Assembly: GCA_902524345.1 (NCBI GenBank)
Contig: CABZCX010000003.1
Coordinates: 39,504 to 103,503 of the forward strand
DNA length: 64,000 nt
Reading direction: 5' to 3'
Source: an uncultured Pelagibacteraceae bacterium
GTDB lineage: Bacteria > Pseudomonadota > Alphaproteobacteria > Pelagibacterales > Pelagibacteraceae
A program made the position numbers and the translations under genes. Positions within the stretch are counted from its first letter, which is position 1; the number at the start of each line of letters is the position of its first letter. Under the pieces are notes generated by a model. The model made no database searches. It was not told the DNA's origin and saw only the letters and a list, made by a program, of their open reading frames with translations. This document shows positions 39,628 through 51,513 of this stretch, piece by piece.

Positions 39628-40678
39628 CTAAATTTTTTAATATTTTTTGATTAACATTTATCCATGTGTTTTGATAATTTAAATTAAGTAAATTTTCCTT
39701 TTTTTTATCAAAATCTGATTTATTTTGTATAATTCTAATTATTAATTGCTCAATTCTTTCATCAAAAAAATTTTGCTCTAAGATCCAGCAACAATCATTT
39801 TTCAAATAAAAATTTGCATTTTCAAATTGATGATTATCTTTAGAATTCGGTAATGGTACTGCTATAAAAGGGATATTAAGAATTGACAATTCTGCTAATG
39901 TTGATGCTCCTGCTCTTGTTATACAAAGATCAGCATTAGCAATTTTTTTAATAAAATTTTCTTCATAATTAAATATTTCATTCTCAATATTGTTTGAAGT
40001 ATAAAATTCTTTTAATGAAAAAATATTTTTTGGATGTGTTTGCTGAATAATCTTTATAGAAAATTTTTTTGAAATATTCAGGATTGAATTCTTTAGATTT
40101 TTATCAAAGATACTTGCCCCTTGGCTACCTCCAACAATCAATAAACAAAATTTACCATTATTAATTTTAGATTTTTTTATCTTATAAAATTCATCCCTAA
40201 CCAGTGGGTGTATTATTACTCTTTTATATTTAAATTTAAAAGGAAAATTTTTTATTTGATCTGTGTAGCAAAAAATTTTTTCACATGAACTTAAAAAAAA
40301 TTTGTTAGCTCTTCCTAAAACAAGATTTGGTTCAAATAGGTAAATTTTTAAATTCAAAAATTTTCCTGCTAAAATTAAAGGCAGTGACATGTACCCCCCA
40401 GTTGAAATTAATTGATTTATTTTCTCTTTCTTAAGAAAAAAAAAAGTCTTTATGGACAAAAATAAAATTTTAAAAAAATTTAGCGGTAATGATAATAACT
40501 TCAATTTGGGAGTATCAATAATTAAAATTTTATGAATATCTTTATTCAAATACCTATATCCTCTATTATCTGTTGAAATAAAAACATCTTTTTTTTTTAA
40601 AAGATGACTATATAAAATAGTTGCTGGTATTACATGACCTCCCGAACCTCCTGTAGAAATTAAAATCTTCTTTTTCAT
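39617..40678 (-). CDS. murG: Undecaprenyl-PP-MurNAc-pentapeptide GlcNAc transferase
   Basis: TGGSGGHV, GGSQGA, RAGAST, HQ..NA. Confidence 0.96.
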   Translation of the reverse strand: MKKKILISTGGSGGHVIPATILYSHLLKKKDVFISTDNRGYRYLNKDIHKILIIDTPKLKLLSLPLNFFKILFLSIKTFFFLKKEKINQLISTGGYMSLPLILAGKFLNLKIYLFEPNLVLGRANKFFLSSCEKIFCYTDQIKNFPFKFKYKRVIIHPLVRDEFYKIKKSKINNGKFCLLIVGGSQGASIFDKNLKNSILNISKKFSIKIIQQTHPKNIFSLKEFYTSNNIENEIFNYEENFIKKIANADLCITRAGASTLAELSILNIPFIAVPLPNSKDNHQFENANFYLKNDCCWILEQNFFDERIEQLIIRIIQNKSDFDKKKENLLNLNYQNTWINVNQKILKNLDEN

Positions 40679-40679
40679 T

Positions 40680-41804
40680 TTAACCTATTTTTCTTTTTGT
40701 CAAATTTAGAATTATTCCTGAAATGATTGACATACCTACAATAGATGAACCTCCATAACTTATGAAGGGAAGAGTCATTCCCGTTGTGGGAAATAATCTT
40801 ATGTTTACCCCAACATGTATCATTACTTGCATTAAAATCAAACTTATACAACCTACCAAAATTAGTTTTGACTTATTGTCATTTTCTAAATTCACTTTTC
40901 TAAAAACTGTATGAATAAAAACCAAAAACAAAAATAAAATCAAAATTATAGCAATAATCCCAAATTCTTCTGATATGACAGAAATTATATAGTCTGTATG
41001 TGCTTCAGGGACCCTATTCTTTAGTGTTCCCTCTCCAATACCTTTACCAAAAAAACCTCCACTGATAATTGATTCAATTGCCTTATCAGATTGAAAATTG
41101 TGTGACCCAGTCTCAGTATCAAAAAATGAAAGTATTCTACTTTTAATATAACTGAATTTAGGGATAAATAAAATTAAGTAAGTGAATGATAAAAATAAAA
41201 CAAAGAAAAGACTGATTAAAAAGATAAAACTTATTCCAGAAATAAAAATTAACACTGACCATGAAAAGAAAATTAATAGAGTTTGACCAATATCGGGTTG
41301 TAAAGCTAGTAAGAATACAACACCCAACGTTACTAAAAAAGAAACTAAATATTTTAAGTGAACATTGACATATTTTTCACTGCTCAAAATAATGCTTAAG
41401 AATACTATCAAAAAAGGTTTGACTAGCTCTATTGGCTGGAACCTTGGCAGTAAATAAAGATCAATCCATCTCCTAGACCCTTTAACTTCAATACCAATCA
41501 AAGGGACAAGTATTAAAAGAACTATCGATAAAATAAAAAAGAAAATAGAAGTCTTAAAAAGATTTTCTTGACCCATTGATGAAAAAATAAAAATAAAGAA
41601 TGCCCCAATACACAAAAAAATTAAATGCTTAAAAAAAAAGAGATAATCATTAGTGTTTAACTTATCAGATGCAATCAATGATGTAGATACAAGTGAAAAA
41701 AATAAACCTATTAAGAATAATAAAATTATTAATGTAAGTATAAATTTATCAATATTTTTCCACCATTCATAATATATTTTTTGGAAAGATACTAATTTAT
41801 CCAT
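40680..41804 (-). CDS. ftsW: SEDS protein FtsW
   Basis: GSRRWI, FQPIE, QPDIG, PEAHTD, GMTLPFISYGGSS. Confidence 0.96.
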   Translation of the reverse strand: MDKLVSFQKIYYEWWKNIDKFILTLIILLFLIGLFFSLVSTSLIASDKLNTNDYLFFFKHLIFLCIGAFFIFIFSSMGQENLFKTSIFFFILSIVLLILVPLIGIEVKGSRRWIDLYLLPRFQPIELVKPFLIVFLSIILSSEKYVNVHLKYLVSFLVTLGVVFLLALQPDIGQTLLIFFSWSVLIFISGISFIFLISLFFVLFLSFTYLILFIPKFSYIKSRILSFFDTETGSHNFQSDKAIESIISGGFFGKGIGEGTLKNRVPEAHTDYIISVISEEFGIIAIILILFLFLVFIHTVFRKVNLENDNKSKLILVGCISLILMQVMIHVGVNIRLFPTTGMTLPFISYGGSSIVGMSIISGIILNLTKRKIG

Positions 41805-43077
41805 TTAAATGTTTTTTTACAAGTTTATTAAAATACTGTCCTCTATGCTCAAAATTTCTAAAACTATCAAATGAAGCTGCAGATGGACTAAAAATTATTG
41901 TGTTTTTTAAAAGATCTTTTTTATTAACGATTGTAAATACTCTTTTTAAAGCATCGCCTAAGTTATTAAAATTACTATATTGAATTTTGCCTTTTAATTG
42001 ACTGATAAAAAACTTTTTATTCTTTCCATATATGAAAGCTCTGATATTGGAATGATATTTTTTATGTAGATCAAACCTATCGCCTTTTTTAGGCATTCCA
42101 CCTAATAACCAATAGATATTTAATTTTTTTTTTAAAATAGAAACTGATGATGAAAAAGTAGTAGATTTTGAATCATTAATTATAGTAAGGAACTTATTTT
42201 TATATATCGTTTGTTGACGATATTTTAATCCTTTAAATCTTTTTAAAGTTTCAAAAACTATTTTTTTTTTTAATTTTAATTTATTTGAAATAGCTATTAT
42301 AAATGATAAATTTTCTTTATTTGCTTCGTCCAAAAAATATTCGTTATCAATTTTTTTTTGAACATGACCCAATGACCTAGAGTTGACCTTTAATATTTTT
42401 TTTTTTATTTTTCTCTTTGATAATTCTTTAATGGTTAGTAAATCTTTTTCATTTATAAAACCTAAAGAATTTTTTAAATCATTATTTAGAATTTTAAACT
42501 TAGCTCTTACATAATTATTAATTGTTTTATGCCTTTCAAGATGATCTGGTGATATATTTAATATAGCAGCGTACTTTGATCTAAAAATTTTACTATATTC
42601 CAACTGGTAAGATGAAGCTTCAACAACAAAGATAGTTTTAGATTTAACATCTTTTACTGATAATATTGGTCTTCCAATATTTCCAACTAATTTCACATCG
42701 TAATTATGTTTCAGTAATATTTCATATAAAAGCTGACAAGTTGTGGATTTTCCGTTTGTTCCAGTAATCGAAATACAATCATTTCTATAAAATGAATAAA
42801 AAACATCTAAATCTGTATAAATTTTATGTAAATTTTTTTTTAGAAACCAAGATAATTTACATTTATTTATATCTATACCAGGACTAATTATAATAAAATC
42901 AAATTGATTTTTAATTATAAATCTACGAGTGGTCAATTTTGTTGAATTTCTTTTAAAGTCATCATGCAAAAAAACTTCACTTTTATTTTTCAAAAAATTT
43001 AAAGTTGATAACCCACTTTTGCCTGAACCATAAATTAATATTTTTTTATTTAGAAAAATACTCAATAAACTCTCCAC
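41797..43077 (-). CDS. murD: UDP-MurNAc-Ala-D-Glu ligase
   Basis: SPGI, ITGTNGKSTT, EASSYQLE, NDSKST, SPSAASFD; GTG at 43077 overlapping the mraY TAG is the likely start. Confidence 0.95.
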   Translation of the reverse strand: MESLLSIFLNKKILIYGSGKSGLSTLNFLKNKSEVFLHDDFKRNSTKLTTRRFIIKNQFDFIIISPGIDINKCKLSWFLKKNLHKIYTDLDVFYSFYRNDCISITGTNGKSTTCQLLYEILLKHNYDVKLVGNIGRPILSVKDVKSKTIFVVEASSYQLEYSKIFRSKYAAILNISPDHLERHKTINNYVRAKFKILNNDLKNSLGFINEKDLLTIKELSKRKIKKKILKVNSRSLGHVQKKIDNEYFLDEANKENLSFIIAISNKLKLKKKIVFETLKRFKGLKYRQQTIYKNKFLTIINDSKSTTFSSSVSILKKKLNIYWLLGGMPKKGDRFDLHKKYHSNIRAFIYGKNKKFFISQLKGKIQYSNFNNLGDALKRVFTIVNKKDLLKNTIIFSPSAASFDSFRNFEHRGQYFNKLVKKHLNG

Positions 43078-44165
43078 TATCTTAATTTGAGTGTTGCCAA
43101 ACCGATCATTGCGAGAATGATTGAAATAATCCAAAATCTAATTACAACCGTTGATTCCGGCCATCCCTTTTTCTCAAAATGATGGTGAATAGGTGCCATC
43201 TTGAAAATTCTTTTACCTGTCAGTTTGAAGGAAATCACCTGAACCATTACTGATACAGCCTCCAAAACAAAAAGGCCTCCTGTTATTGCCAATACAATCT
43301 CGTGTTTAGTAATTATTCCTATGGCACCTAATGATCCTCCTAAAGATAATGATCCAGTATCTCCCATAAAAATTTTTGCTGGAGGAGCGTTAAACCATAA
43401 AAACCCAAGACACGAGCCAATAATTGCTCCACAAAAAATTGAAATTTCTCCTGTACCTTCTATGTAAGGTATTTGTAAATAATCTGAGAAAACTATATTA
43501 CCAGTTACATAACTAATAAAAGCAAAACACGCTGCCACTAATATTACAGGCACTGTAGCCAAACCATCTAGGCCATCAGTGAGATTTACCGCGTTAGATG
43601 ATCCTATAATCACAAAAACAGAAAAAGGAATAAAAAACCATCCAAGATCTATTATAAGATTTTTAAAAAATGGAAAATATAAATTTGTTATATCTTGGTA
43701 ATCAACATAATAAACAAATAAGCTAACTCCAATAGCAGCTAGTAAAATTTGTAAAATTATTTTAAATTTTGAAGAAATTCCAGAAGAGTTGCTATATTTA
43801 ATTTTTTTGAAATCGTCAAATGCTCCAAGTAAACCAAAAGAAATGGCAATATATATACAAAATAAAATGTTTAGGTTGGATAAATCTGCCCAAAGTAACA
43901 CCGAAACCAATAAACCTAGTAAGATAATTACTCCACCCATTGTTGGAGTCCCAATTTTTTTTACAATATGATCTTCCGGACCATCATCTCTAATAGGGTT
44001 TAAAATTTTTTGATTAGAGAAAAATCTTATGAAAGGACCCCCAATAATTAAAACAATAACTAATGATGTGAATACAGATAGACCAGTTCTAAATGTGAGA
44101 TACTTAAAAACATTTAAGAAGCCGAACGTATCGACAAAATTTAACAAAAATTGATAAAGCATCAA
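43077..44165 (-). CDS. mraY: Phospho-MurNAc-pentapeptide transferase
   Basis: GTPTMGG, NAVNLTDGLDG, FMGDTG, MAPIHHHFE. Confidence 0.98.
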   Translation of the reverse strand: MMLYQFLLNFVDTFGFLNVFKYLTFRTGLSVFTSLVIVLIIGGPFIRFFSNQKILNPIRDDGPEDHIVKKIGTPTMGGVIILLGLLVSVLLWADLSNLNILFCIYIAISFGLLGAFDDFKKIKYSNSSGISSKFKIILQILLAAIGVSLFVYYVDYQDITNLYFPFFKNLIIDLGWFFIPFSVFVIIGSSNAVNLTDGLDGLATVPVILVAACFAFISYVTGNIVFSDYLQIPYIEGTGEISIFCGAIIGSCLGFLWFNAPPAKIFMGDTGSLSLGGSLGAIGIITKHEIVLAITGGLFVLEAVSVMVQVISFKLTGKRIFKMAPIHHHFEKKGWPESTVVIRFWIISIILAMIGLATLKLR

Positions 44166-46999
44166 ACCATTCCTTTTATTTTTTTTATTATTTTATTGAA
44201 ACCCGTTGCATTTGAGGCCTTAACCATAAGACTATCATTATTATTTAAATCGTTTTTAATCAAATCAATAATTTGAGATTTGTTAGATAAAACTTGGCCC
44301 TTTTTAGAGTTTGAGAGTTTTATAAACATATATTTCATGTAATGACCTTTTACAAAAACTTTGTCAATCTTTGTTCTGTTTATTATGGCTGCTATTGACT
44401 GATGAAGTTTTTTTGAATGTTTACCTAACTCCAACATGTCTCCAAGCAAAAGATAATTTTTATATTTTTTTGAGATAATTTTGTCATAATTCAAGATAGC
44501 AGATTTTAATGATAAGGGATTCGAATTATAACTTTCATCAATTAAATTAACATTCTTTTTAAAAACTCTAATTTTTGATATGTCTCCTCTACCTTGAGGT
44601 ATCTTAAATTTAAGAAAGATATCTTTATCTAAACGAAAAATATCAATATAAATACTCATAATTGCTAAAGCAGCTAAAATATTATAAATATTATTTTGAA
44701 AATTGTTTGAAATTAAAAAATATTTTTTCAATCTATTAAATTGAATACAAAGTTGAAAATGGTTGCCCCTTTTTTTAATATTTAAAAATTTTACATTTGA
44801 GTTTTTATTTTTTATTCCAAAAGAAACTAAATTAAGTTTATTTTGAATAGCTATTTTTTTATGCAGACTAAAAAAATCATCATCAGCATTTAACACTACG
44901 AAACCACCCGATCTAGTATTTTGAAGGATTTCAGATTTTGCAATAGCAATTTGCTTAATATTTTTAAAATTTTTAGCATGTGCAAAATTAATATTTGTTA
45001 TTACACTTACATCTGGTCGAATTATTTTGGATAAATAATCTATTTCGCCTTTTTTATCCATACCAACCTCTAAAATACCAAAATCATCATTTTCTTTTAA
45101 ATTTAATATGCTTATAGGAACACCATATTTATTATTATAAGATTTTGGTGAAATACTTACTTTGGAGACTTTTCTTAATGTATTTCCAAGTAATTCCTTA
45201 AGAGTTGTTTTTCCACAACTTCCAGTTATGGCTACTATATTTGTGTTTATATTTTCTCTAAAAATTTTTGAGACATTTGTTAAAAATTTTAATGTATTTT
45301 TAACTTTGATTTGCCTATTAGTTTGAGATTTTTTTTGAACATGGTTTACTACAGCAATAGAGGCTTTATTTTTAAATGCTTGATTTACAAATTTATTACC
45401 ATCATTTTTCCTTCCTTTAATTGCAAAAAAAGCGTCATTTTTTTTTACATCGCGAGAATTAATTCTTGCAAGGTTTAAAGATAATTTTGAGGGTAATTTT
45501 TTATAACCTGACAATTCTTTCAAAATGTTTAGCTTTATATTATTAGATAAATTTAAATTTTTTTTTTTGATTGAATTTAAAATTATCTGTTTATCTGAAA
45601 AATAAATTTTTCTTTTTCCTAGATCTTGTATTTTTTCATGACCCTTTCCAGCAATAAGTAAGATTTCGCCTGAATTTAGATTTTCGATTGCTACAGATAT
45701 CGCTTTAGCTCTATTGGATATTTCAATAACTTTTTTATTATTTATACCTTTTTTTATATCTCTTCGAATTTTTTTTGGATTTTCAAATCTTGGGTTATCG
45801 TCAGTAAGATAAATTCTGTCAGAATAATCAGAGGCAATTTTACCCATTTTAGATCTTTTATTATGGTCTCTATTACCACCACATCCAAACACTAAAGAAA
45901 TTTTTCTATCTTTAAATTGTTCTCTTAAATTCAATATACAACTCTTTAAAGCATCAGGCGTGTGCGCATAATCAAGTATTACTTTTGAATTATTTTTTAT
46001 TTTACCAATTTTCTCAAATCTTCCCTCTACCGGTAAAATTTTTGGTAAAACTTTGATAATTTTGTCTAGATTTAAATTACTTTTTTTTGCTGCAATAATT
46101 GCCATTAATATATTTTTTAGTTGAATTTTTCCGATTAGATTAAGTTTAATAATTCTAATAGATTTTTTATACTCTATTTTTATTAATTGAGATTCTCCTT
46201 GATAGGAATGTGATAGAATTTTAAATAAACCATTATTATTAATTGTATGAAGTTTAAGATTTTTATTTATTGAAATTTTTTTGATCTTTTTAAATTCTGC
46301 TAATTTTTCATCTGTTATTATACCACCGCTACTTTTAATGAGATTTTTAAATAAATAGAGTTTTGCTTTTAAATAATTATCTAAATTTTTATGGTAATCT
46401 AGATGGTCCTGTGAAAAATTAGTGAATATTCCTAAAGTGAATAAAAGACCATCAAGTCTGTTTTGTTCAAGACCATGGCTTGAGGCTTCCATAATTACAT
46501 TTTGAACACCTTTTTTCTTAAGTTTATTTAATATCTTTCCTAAATTAATTGGATCAATTGTAGTGTGAGATAGATCAAGATTAACACTATCTGATTTAAC
46601 TCCTAATGTTCCAATAGAGGCAACTTTTATGTTATTTAATTTTAATATCTGACGATAAAAATCGCAAACAGATGATTTTCCATTTGTTCCTGTAACCGCA
46701 ATTAAATTTTTTGGACGATTTTTATAAATTTTGGATGAAACTTCTGCTAATAATTTTCTGACATTTTTTGTATGAATTTGTATTCCATTAATTTTTTTTT
46801 TTATTTTTTGCTCTGAAACAATAATTCTACAACCTTTTTTTTCTACAATTGGTATAAACTTATTGCCATCGAAATTATTTCCTTTAATAGCAAAAAAAAT
46901 ATCATTTTTCTTTACTTTTGTGCTATCAAAAGTGATGCCAGAAAAAAAAAATTGAGAGGTTTTTTTTTTTATACCGTGAATATAATCTTTAAGCAGCAT
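44162..46999 (-). CDS. murE/murF: Bifunctional MurE-MurF fusion ligase (945 aa)
   Basis: First half VTGTNGKSS, MEASSH, DYAHTPDAL, GKGHE (MurE); second half ITGSCGKTT, SYNNKYG, DESYNSNP, GDMLELG, KASNA (MurF); no internal stop. Confidence 0.95.
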   Translation of the reverse strand: MLLKDYIHGIKKKTSQFFFSGITFDSTKVKKNDIFFAIKGNNFDGNKFIPIVEKKGCRIIVSEQKIKKKINGIQIHTKNVRKLLAEVSSKIYKNRPKNLIAVTGTNGKSSVCDFYRQILKLNNIKVASIGTLGVKSDSVNLDLSHTTIDPINLGKILNKLKKKGVQNVIMEASSHGLEQNRLDGLLFTLGIFTNFSQDHLDYHKNLDNYLKAKLYLFKNLIKSSGGIITDEKLAEFKKIKKISINKNLKLHTINNNGLFKILSHSYQGESQLIKIEYKKSIRIIKLNLIGKIQLKNILMAIIAAKKSNLNLDKIIKVLPKILPVEGRFEKIGKIKNNSKVILDYAHTPDALKSCILNLREQFKDRKISLVFGCGGNRDHNKRSKMGKIASDYSDRIYLTDDNPRFENPKKIRRDIKKGINNKKVIEISNRAKAISVAIENLNSGEILLIAGKGHEKIQDLGKRKIYFSDKQIILNSIKKKNLNLSNNIKLNILKELSGYKKLPSKLSLNLARINSRDVKKNDAFFAIKGRKNDGNKFVNQAFKNKASIAVVNHVQKKSQTNRQIKVKNTLKFLTNVSKIFRENINTNIVAITGSCGKTTLKELLGNTLRKVSKVSISPKSYNNKYGVPISILNLKENDDFGILEVGMDKKGEIDYLSKIIRPDVSVITNINFAHAKNFKNIKQIAIAKSEILQNTRSGGFVVLNADDDFFSLHKKIAIQNKLNLVSFGIKNKNSNVKFLNIKKRGNHFQLCIQFNRLKKYFLISNNFQNNIYNILAALAIMSIYIDIFRLDKDIFLKFKIPQGRGDISKIRVFKKNVNLIDESYNSNPLSLKSAILNYDKIISKKYKNYLLLGDMLELGKHSKKLHQSIAAIINRTKIDKVFVKGHYMKYMFIKLSNSKKGQVLSNKSQIIDLIKNDLNNNDSLMVKASNATGFNKIIKKIKGMV

Positions 47000-47002
47000 A
47001 AG

Positions 47003-48694
47003 CTAATTAACCTCACTATATTTTGTGGCTAAAATAGGCCCAATTTTTTCTACAATGTGACCTGCCACTTCTACACTATTCCAGCCAGCGGTATTTCTTG
47101 GGCTTCCTTTCAATTTAAAATTTGATCCATCTCTATAATTATAAATGTAATTTTTGTTTATTTTAGGTGCATCTAACATAATTGCTAAAATAAACTTTGG
47201 TTTTGTGGTTGGAAAAACAGAGACAAAAGTATTGATTTTTTCTTTCGAATAAACACCTTTAGAACTTTTATTTGCAGTTCCTGTTTTGCCACCAATTTCG
47301 TATCCATCAATATCTGCTAGCTTAGCAGTACCCTCTTTAGTAGATACGATCTTTCTTAAAATCGGTAAAATTTTTATAGAAATATTTTCATTTAAAACTC
47401 TTTCTGCTTTTATTTTTTTACTACTTTTTAAAAGTGTTGGTTTTACATAGTAACCACCATTAACAATAATTGAGTATGCTTTAACAACTTGAAGTAAAGT
47501 GGTTGTAATACCATGGCCAAAAGAAGCTGTAGCTAATGGACATTTTCCCCAAGTAAAATTAATTGGCCTACCTACTTCTTCAATATCAAAATCAATTTTT
47601 TCTAATATGCCGAGTTTTGATAAAAATAATTTAAATTTTTCTTGTCCAACTTTTTGACCAATCCTTACTGATCCTATATTTCCTGACCTTATTAAAATTT
47701 GTTCAGCTGTGAGATCTGTCGGAATTTCGTTATCGTACTCTCTAATTGGAAATCCAGAGCAAGTTAAAGATTTTGGTAAATTAATAAATCTGGTTTCTGG
47801 CTCAATAACTTTTTCATCTAAAGCTGCTGCTAAAGTAAATGTTTTAAATACCGAACCAAATTCATAAATCCCTTTTGTTGCTCTATTAATATAATTTACA
47901 TCAGAAATTTTTTCTCTTTTATTCGGATTAAAATCTGGCAAAGAAACTAAGGATAAAATTTCACCATTATTAACGTCCATCAAAATTACTGCGCTCCCTT
48001 TAGTATTAAAAATTTTATTAAATTTAATTAGTTCATTTCTTATTAAATATTGAATATCTGTATCTAAACTTAATTTTATTGGTTCATTTGAAATTTTTAG
48101 TTTTTCATCAAAAGATTTTTCTAAACCCGATATACCTTTATTGTTGTCATCTATTTGACCTATAATATGACTAAACAGATTTTTTTCAGGATACACTCTT
48201 ATTAATCTATCTTCAGATTGAATTGATTTATCACCAAGCTTCATTACCTTGTCATATTTTTCTTGAGATATTTTCTTCTCAAAATAAAAAAAATTTTTTT
48301 TTTCTAAGTTTCTTTTAACTTGAACATAGTCTTTATTTGGAAAAATATATCTTAAATTTAAAATTAACCTCTCTTTATTGATAACTTTTTTTGAGCTTAT
48401 TCCAATATCTATTGAATTTACAGTTTTAACCAAATATTTGCCATTTCTATCAACTATATCTGCTCGATAGAGTCTATGGTTAGAACTTTTCAAATTTGGT
48501 TTAATTATTCTATCGTCTTTCCTTGAGCCTAGATGAGTTAAATGAATAGAATATATGATTGAAATTATAAAAAAAATAAAGAATATAAAACTTATTCTAT
48601 TAAACGAGATATTTATATCTGATTTACTTTTTTTATAAAAAAATTCATTTTTTTTTTGATCCTCTAAAGTAATATTTGAATAATTCTTACTCAT
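47003..48694 (-). CDS. ftsI: Penicillin-binding protein 3 (septal transpeptidase)
   Basis: SVFK (SxxK), RSGN, KTGT motifs; N-terminal TM. Confidence 0.94.
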   Translation of the reverse strand: MSKNYSNITLEDQKKNEFFYKKSKSDINISFNRISFIFFIFFIISIIYSIHLTHLGSRKDDRIIKPNLKSSNHRLYRADIVDRNGKYLVKTVNSIDIGISSKKVINKERLILNLRYIFPNKDYVQVKRNLEKKNFFYFEKKISQEKYDKVMKLGDKSIQSEDRLIRVYPEKNLFSHIIGQIDDNNKGISGLEKSFDEKLKISNEPIKLSLDTDIQYLIRNELIKFNKIFNTKGSAVILMDVNNGEILSLVSLPDFNPNKREKISDVNYINRATKGIYEFGSVFKTFTLAAALDEKVIEPETRFINLPKSLTCSGFPIREYDNEIPTDLTAEQILIRSGNIGSVRIGQKVGQEKFKLFLSKLGILEKIDFDIEEVGRPINFTWGKCPLATASFGHGITTTLLQVVKAYSIIVNGGYYVKPTLLKSSKKIKAERVLNENISIKILPILRKIVSTKEGTAKLADIDGYEIGGKTGTANKSSKGVYSKEKINTFVSVFPTTKPKFILAIMLDAPKINKNYIYNYRDGSNFKLKGSPRNTAGWNSVEVAGHIVEKIGPILATKYSEVN

Positions 48695-48998
48695 TTATTT
48701 CAAAAATATTAAAGTTACCAATTAATAAAATATTAGATTTTTTAGTTAAAGTTTTTATAGTTTTTATGTCTTTTTGAATAAGTTCTTTTTCAAAAAAACG
48801 GTTTTGATATTCTAGTAATTTTTCAGTTGAACTTAAGTAATCATATTCCAATCTGGTATCACCTAATTCTTTTTCAAAATCTTTAAGTCTCTCTTTTGTT
48901 ACAAAGATTTCATCTTCAATTTTTTTTGTAGAGTTTTTAATAATCGCAGTAGAAAATATTAGTAAAAATATAAAAATAATCACTGCTAGTTTTTTCAT
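48687..48998 (-). CDS. ftsL: Cell division protein FtsL
   Basis: TM helix plus coiled coil ending LEYDYLSS; position between rsmH and ftsI. Confidence 0.8.
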   Translation of the reverse strand: MKKLAVIIFIFLLIFSTAIIKNSTKKIEDEIFVTKERLKDFEKELGDTRLEYDYLSSTEKLLEYQNRFFEKELIQKDIKTIKTLTKKSNILLIGNFNIFEINE

Positions 48999-50005
48999 AA
49001 TTTATAACTGATATTTTCAACTTCAATTAAAGATTTAAATTTTTCAAAAACATCAGTTTCAAAATCATAAAAATCTTTTTTTTTTATAACAAATCTTAAT
49101 TTTGCAGATCTAGATGATATATTTTGACTTAACTCCTGTTTGCTTGGAATAATAGATTTTTTCTGCTTCATATAGAATAAAGGTTCTGATTGAATAATAA
49201 TTGGCTGATACCGAGAGATACTCTTATTTTCAGACAAACTTCTAAAAAAATATTTTACAATCTTATCCTCTAGTGAGTGAAAACTTACTACTGCTAATAT
49301 TCCACCCTTTTTCAAAACTCTGGTTGCATTTATCAATCCATAAATTAATTCACTGATTTCCTTGTTTACAAATATTCTAATTGCCTGAAAAACTTTTGTA
49401 GAATTATGTATTTTATAATTTTTCCTTCTTTTTACTGTGTCAATGATATTTACCAAATCTTGAGTATCAATTTCATGATTAATCCTCTCATAAACTATTT
49501 TATTTGCAATCTTTTTTGCATCTTTTTCTTCTCCAAAATATCTGAAAATTTTTTGTAGGTCATTAGAATCAAGTTTATTGATCATCTCTTTTGCTGAAAA
49601 ATCATTTAAACCTAATTTCATATTTAGTTTGCCTTTAGAGCTAAATGATAATCCTTTTTTGTTATCTTTTATTTGATTTAAAGAATATCCTAAATCAAAA
49701 ACCACCCCTTTAACATTTTCATTTTTCAATTTTAAATTTTTTAGTTGACTAAATTTTATGTTTTTAAATAAAAACCTATCTTCAAAAGTTTTTTCAATTT
49801 CATTTGCAATTTTTTTGGTCTCAATATCTCTATCAATTGCGATTACTTTAGTGTTTGAAAATTTTAAAATTTCTTTTGTATATCCGCCTTGACCAAAAGT
49901 GCAGTCAATAAATGTGCCACCATTTTGAGGGGAAATAATGCTAATAATTTCTTTTAGCAATACCGGATAGTGTTCTGATCTGTCCGATACTATGGTGGCT
50001 TTCAT
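48995..50005 (-). CDS. rsmH: 16S rRNA m4C1402 methyltransferase
   Basis: [37 protein letters not shown]. Confidence 0.97.
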   Translation of the reverse strand: MKATIVSDRSEHYPVLLKEIISIISPQNGGTFIDCTFGQGGYTKEILKFSNTKVIAIDRDIETKKIANEIEKTFEDRFLFKNIKFSQLKNLKLKNENVKGVVFDLGYSLNQIKDNKKGLSFSSKGKLNMKLGLNDFSAKEMINKLDSNDLQKIFRYFGEEKDAKKIANKIVYERINHEIDTQDLVNIIDTVKRRKNYKIHNSTKVFQAIRIFVNKEISELIYGLINATRVLKKGGILAVVSFHSLEDKIVKYFFRSLSENKSISRYQPIIIQSEPLFYMKQKKSIIPSKQELSQNISSRSAKLRFVIKKKDFYDFETDVFEKFKSLIEVENISYKL

Positions 50006-50023
50006 TTATTTTCTTGAAGACCA

Positions 50024-51499
50024 TTAATTTTTTTGTCTTCTTAAAAATGCAGGTATTTCGAGATCATCTTCCTCTTTCTCATCCTCTGTTGAATTCAAAA
50101 ATTCATTTGTATCTAAATTAGCATTTTCAGAGCTAAATAAATCTGGCTCATCAGTGTCAACTCCAAATTCTCTTAGATCATTTTGACTATGCTGTTCTAT
50201 TTCTGAAGTCTCTAAATTTTTTTCATTAAAAGATGTTTCATTACTCTCAGAAATAATTTCTTTCGTTTCCCCAATTTCTTGGTTTTTCAAAAGTTCCTCA
50301 TGATATTGATTATTCACATCATTGACTGATTGATTTTTTGATTGACTTTGTAAATTATCAGAATCTATTTCATTCTCAAGTTTGAGAGCATTTGCACCAT
50401 GTGAAACTGGATTTGAGTTTACTCCACCAAATGAAAAAGGTTGGGTTAAACCGTTGGCTGCAAAGTCAGAATAACCTGGATTTCTATTTTGTATTCTATG
50501 AACCATATTAATTACTGATTTGGTCTCAGGCTGTTGTCCGTCCAAAGATGTTGCAACAATTGAAACTCTCATTTTTCCATCAAGTTCCGGGTCAGTAATA
50601 GCGCCAATGATTAATTCTGCTTCAGGATCTACTTCAGCTCTCACTTTGTTAACTGCTTCATCAACTTCAAAGAGTTTAAGATCTTTTCCTCCAGTTATGT
50701 TAACTAATAAACCCTTTGCACCTTTTAAAGTATAATCATCAATAAGTGGATTACTGATTGCCATTTCGGCCGCTTTCATTGCTCTACCTTCGCCTTCAGC
50801 TTCGCCAGTTCCCATCATGGCTTTACCCATTGAAGCCATTACAGACTCAACATCAGCAAAATCAAGATTTATTAATCCAGGTCTGACCATTAAATCAGTT
50901 ATACTCTGAACTCCATGCATAAGAACATTATTAGATAAATTGAAAGACTCCTCAAAAGTAGTTTGCTCATTTGCAATTTTAAATAAATTTTGATTTGGAA
51001 TGACTATAATAGTATCAACATGTCTTCTTAATTCTTCAAGACCCTGTTGTGCTCGTCTCATCCGTGAAGGTCCTTCATATAAAAAAGGAAGTGTTACTAC
51101 TCCAACTGTAAGAATATTTAATTCTTTAGCAGCTCTAGCAATTACATGCGCTGCACCCGTACCGGTTCCACCACCCATTCCTGCAGCAATAAATACCATG
51201 TTAGCACCTTGAAGAATATTGACAATATCATTTAACGACTCGTCTGCAGCTGCTTGACCTATATCAAGTTTTGCTCCAGCTCCTAAACCCTTTGTTAAAT
51301 TCAAACCAATTTGAATTTTTGACTTTGCTTTACTGTGTTTTAAATCTTGTGCATCTGTATTTACTGCGATGAATTCAACTCCTTGCATTCCATTATCAAT
51401 CATCTCATTGATAGCATTTCCACCTGCGCCTCCTATTCCCATTACCAAAAGTCTTGGTTGTAACTCTTTTATTTCTGGTACTTTAAAATTGATTGTCAT
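50024..51499 (-). CDS. ftsZ: Cell division protein FtsZ
   Basis: GMGGGTGTG tubulin motif, NLDFAD, long acidic linker, C-terminal [10 protein letters not shown]. Confidence 0.99.
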   Translation of the reverse strand: MTINFKVPEIKELQPRLLVMGIGGAGGNAINEMIDNGMQGVEFIAVNTDAQDLKHSKAKSKIQIGLNLTKGLGAGAKLDIGQAAADESLNDIVNILQGANMVFIAAGMGGGTGTGAAHVIARAAKELNILTVGVVTLPFLYEGPSRMRRAQQGLEELRRHVDTIIVIPNQNLFKIANEQTTFEESFNLSNNVLMHGVQSITDLMVRPGLINLDFADVESVMASMGKAMMGTGEAEGEGRAMKAAEMAISNPLIDDYTLKGAKGLLVNITGGKDLKLFEVDEAVNKVRAEVDPEAELIIGAITDPELDGKMRVSIVATSLDGQQPETKSVINMVHRIQNRNPGYSDFAANGLTQPFSFGGVNSNPVSHGANALKLENEIDSDNLQSQSKNQSVNDVNNQYHEELLKNQEIGETKEIISESNETSFNEKNLETSEIEQHSQNDLREFGVDTDEPDLFSSENANLDTNEFLNSTEDEKEEDDLEIPAFLRRQKN

Positions 51500-51513
51500 T
51501 ATATCATCCCCCG

